The position numbers and the translations under genes are program-made. DNA of 63,999 nucleotides, filler included, from an uncultured Methanoregulaceae archaeon (GTDB taxonomy: Archaea; Halobacteriota; Methanomicrobia; Methanomicrobiales; Methanospirillaceae): NCBI GenBank assembly GCA_964530035.1. It is 5 parts of 5 records of this genome, joined end to end, with 100 filler letters (N's around TTAATTAATTAA, not from the genome) between each part and the next. Parts side by side here need not be neighbours in the genome. Positions count along the whole stretch, not along the records: positions 57,320 to 63,999 come from CAZGXZ010000146.1; 4 more parts are not named here. One strand, 5' to 3'. Positions 62,294 through 63,999 of the stretch are shown here, piece after piece. Under the pieces are notes generated by a model. It was not told the origin of the DNA and did no database searches. It was given only the letters and a program-made list of their open reading frames with translations. Each line of letters begins with the position of its first letter. The first letter of the stretch is position 1.

Positions 62294-63999
62294 AGATCGC
62301 CGCCACGGTCTGGGGGAGCGAGTCACCGCTCCTCCAGGAGGCCGCCCGGTCCCTTGGCATCGACCTCTACTGCCGGACGACCTACGACCTCGTGGAACCC
62401 GCCGAGCTGCGCCGCTTCGTCGACGAGGCGGCCACGGCCGACCTTGTCCTGTTCCACCCGTCCCAGGACCCGTACTGGGACGAGCTCGTCCCGCTCCTTA
62501 GAAAGGGCGTCCCCGTCGTCTCGTTCGGGTACGACCAGGCCCACTGGGCACTGTCCACCGTGCCGCTCGAGGTCACTGCCACGATCAACGCCTACTTCGT
62601 CTACGGGGGACAGGAAAACATCAGCAGGATGGTCGGGTACCTCCTGGCGACCGTCCTTCACCAGCCGGTCGTGACCTCACCGCCGCTCGAGACCCGGTGG
62701 GACGGCATCTACCACCCGCGGGCTGACACCGTCTTCGGCTCGACGGAGGAGTATTTCGCCTGGTACCAGCCGAAGGACCGGCCGACCATCGGGCTCTTCT
62801 TCTACCGCCTGTACTGGGTCAGCGGTGACCTGAAAGTGGTGGACGCATTCGTCCGGGAGACCGAGCAGTATGCCAACGTGATCCCCGTGTTCTGCATCGG
62901 GACCGGGGACCGGGAGGCCGGTGCGCTGCCCGGCAACGAGGTCATTGAAAAATACTTCAGGGGCCGGGTCGACGCCCTGGTCAACCTCCAGTCCATCACC
63001 CTCGCGGCAACACCGGAAGGGGCGGTGCAGAGCTTAAAGGACCTGGACGTCCCGGTCTTCCACCCGCTCATGCTGTACCACCGTGACCAGGCCGCGTGGG
63101 AGGAGTCCCATGACGGCATGAAGAGCAGTGAGATCGGGTGGTCGGTGGTCGTCCCCGAGTTCCAGGGCATGATCGAGATGCTCCCGGCCGGTGCAGCCGC
63201 ACCCGGGGGGCCAGGGGCCGGGGACACCGAGTGGCACGTCCCCATCGACGACCGGGTCAGGCGGATCGTCGCCCGCGCCCTCAACTGGGTTTCGCTGCGC
63301 TCGAAGCCGAACGCCACGAAAAAGGTCGCCATCATCCTGAACAACTCGCCCTGTGCGGCCCTCGAGGCGACCGTCGGGTCGGCGGCACACCTGGACGCCC
63401 CGGAGAGCGTCGCGAGGATATTACAGGCCCTCGCCGGTCAGGGCTACTCCGTCACCCCGCCGGCCGATGGCAAAGAGCTCATCAGCACCATCATGGACCG
63501 GAAGGCCGTGTCAGAGTTCCGGTGGACCTCGGTCGGCGAGATCGTCGCACAGGGAGGAGCGCTCGGGAAGGTGCCGGTCGGGCAGTACCGTGCCTGGTTC
63601 TCCGACCTGCACCCTGCCCTCAGGGAGAAGATCGTGTCGGTATGGGGTGAGCCGCCGGGACATGCCCGGGACGGCGTCCCGGCCGCCATGGTCCACGACG
63701 GGGAGCTGGTCATCACCGGCGTGTCGTTCGGGAACGCCGTCGTCTGCACCCAGCCCAAGAGGGGGTGCGCCGGCTCCCGCTGCGACGGGGAGGTCTGCAG
63801 GATCCTGCATGACCCTGAGACCCCGCCCCCCCACCACTACCTCGCAACGTACCGGTACCTGACCGAAGTGTTCGGGGCCGACGTGATTGTCCATGTCGGC
63901 ACCCACGGCACCCTCGAGTTCCTCCCCGGGAAGTCGGTCGCCCTGTCGGAGCAGTGCCTCCCGGACGCGATAATCGGGAAGGTCCCGTTCCTGTACGTC
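62290..63999 (+). CDS. cobN: Cobaltochelatase CobN / Mg-chelatase H family, 5' part (runs off window; absent from ORF track)
   Basis: Frame from ATG 62290: MKIAATVWGS...YGGQENI...WDGIYHP...PEFQGMIE...KKVAIILNNSPC...QPKRGC...PPHHYLATY...HVGTHGTLEFLPGK. Confidence 0.93.
   Translation, partial: MKIAATVWGSESPLLQEAARSLGIDLYCRTTYDLVEPAELRRFVDEAATADLVLFHPSQDPYWDELVPLLRKGVPVVSFGYDQAHWALSTVPLEVTATINAYFVYGGQENISRMVGYLLATVLHQPVVTSPPLETRWDGIYHPRADTVFGSTEEYFAWYQPKDRPTIGLFFYRLYWVSGDLKVVDAFVRETEQYANVIPVFCIGTGDREAGALPGNEVIEKYFRGRVDALVNLQSITLAATPEGAVQSLKDLDVPVFHPLMLYHRDQAAWEESHDGMKSSEIGWSVVVPEFQGMIEMLPAGAAAPGGPGAGDTEWHVPIDDRVRRIVARALNWVSLRSKPNATKKVAIILNNSPCAALEATVGSAAHLDAPESVARILQALAGQGYSVTPPADGKELISTIMDRKAVSEFRWTSVGEIVAQGGALGKVPVGQYRAWFSDLHPALREKIVSVWGEPPGHARDGVPAAMVHDGELVITGVSFGNAVVCTQPKRGCAGSRCDGEVCRILHDPETPPPHHYLATYRYLTEVFGADVIVHVGTHGTLEFLPGKSVALSEQCLPDAIIGKVPFLYV

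Overview
Archaeal DNA, most consistent with a Methanomicrobiales methanogen (Methanoregula/Methanolinea-like; inferred from gene families and protein style). The window is a pseudomolecule of five contigs joined by 100-nt N-TTAATTAATTAA-N linkers (14422-14521, 28746-28845, 43041-43140, 57220-57319), with two 10-N gaps, so synteny across linkers is not evidence. Contents: 3' part of the CCA-adding enzyme; pilin/PKD surface proteins; an MFS transporter; bacterial-type groES-groEL with a divergent wHTH regulator; an accessory stretch ending at tRNA-Glu(UUC); a DRG GTPase; a Co/Ni/corrinoid cluster (chlI/D-like, cbiMNQO, nikMN-like, FecCD-type ABC, fmdE, tsaA/trmO); PEGA/RCC1/HEAT proteins; pspA-pspAA/pspAB-htpX; sensor kinases; and a second FecCD-type ABC operon leading into cobN. 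Best candidates for something undescribed: (1) an ABC substrate-binding protein with no membrane anchor but an N-terminal EF-hand/dockerin-like module, translationally coupled to a small PGF-CTERM protein (possible cohesin-dockerin-like surface tether); (2) a half-PP2C phosphatase fused to a diverged FtsZ; (3) a ~300-bp hairpin-rich dispersed repeat in six full or partial copies. No CRISPR array, integrase or transposase was seen.
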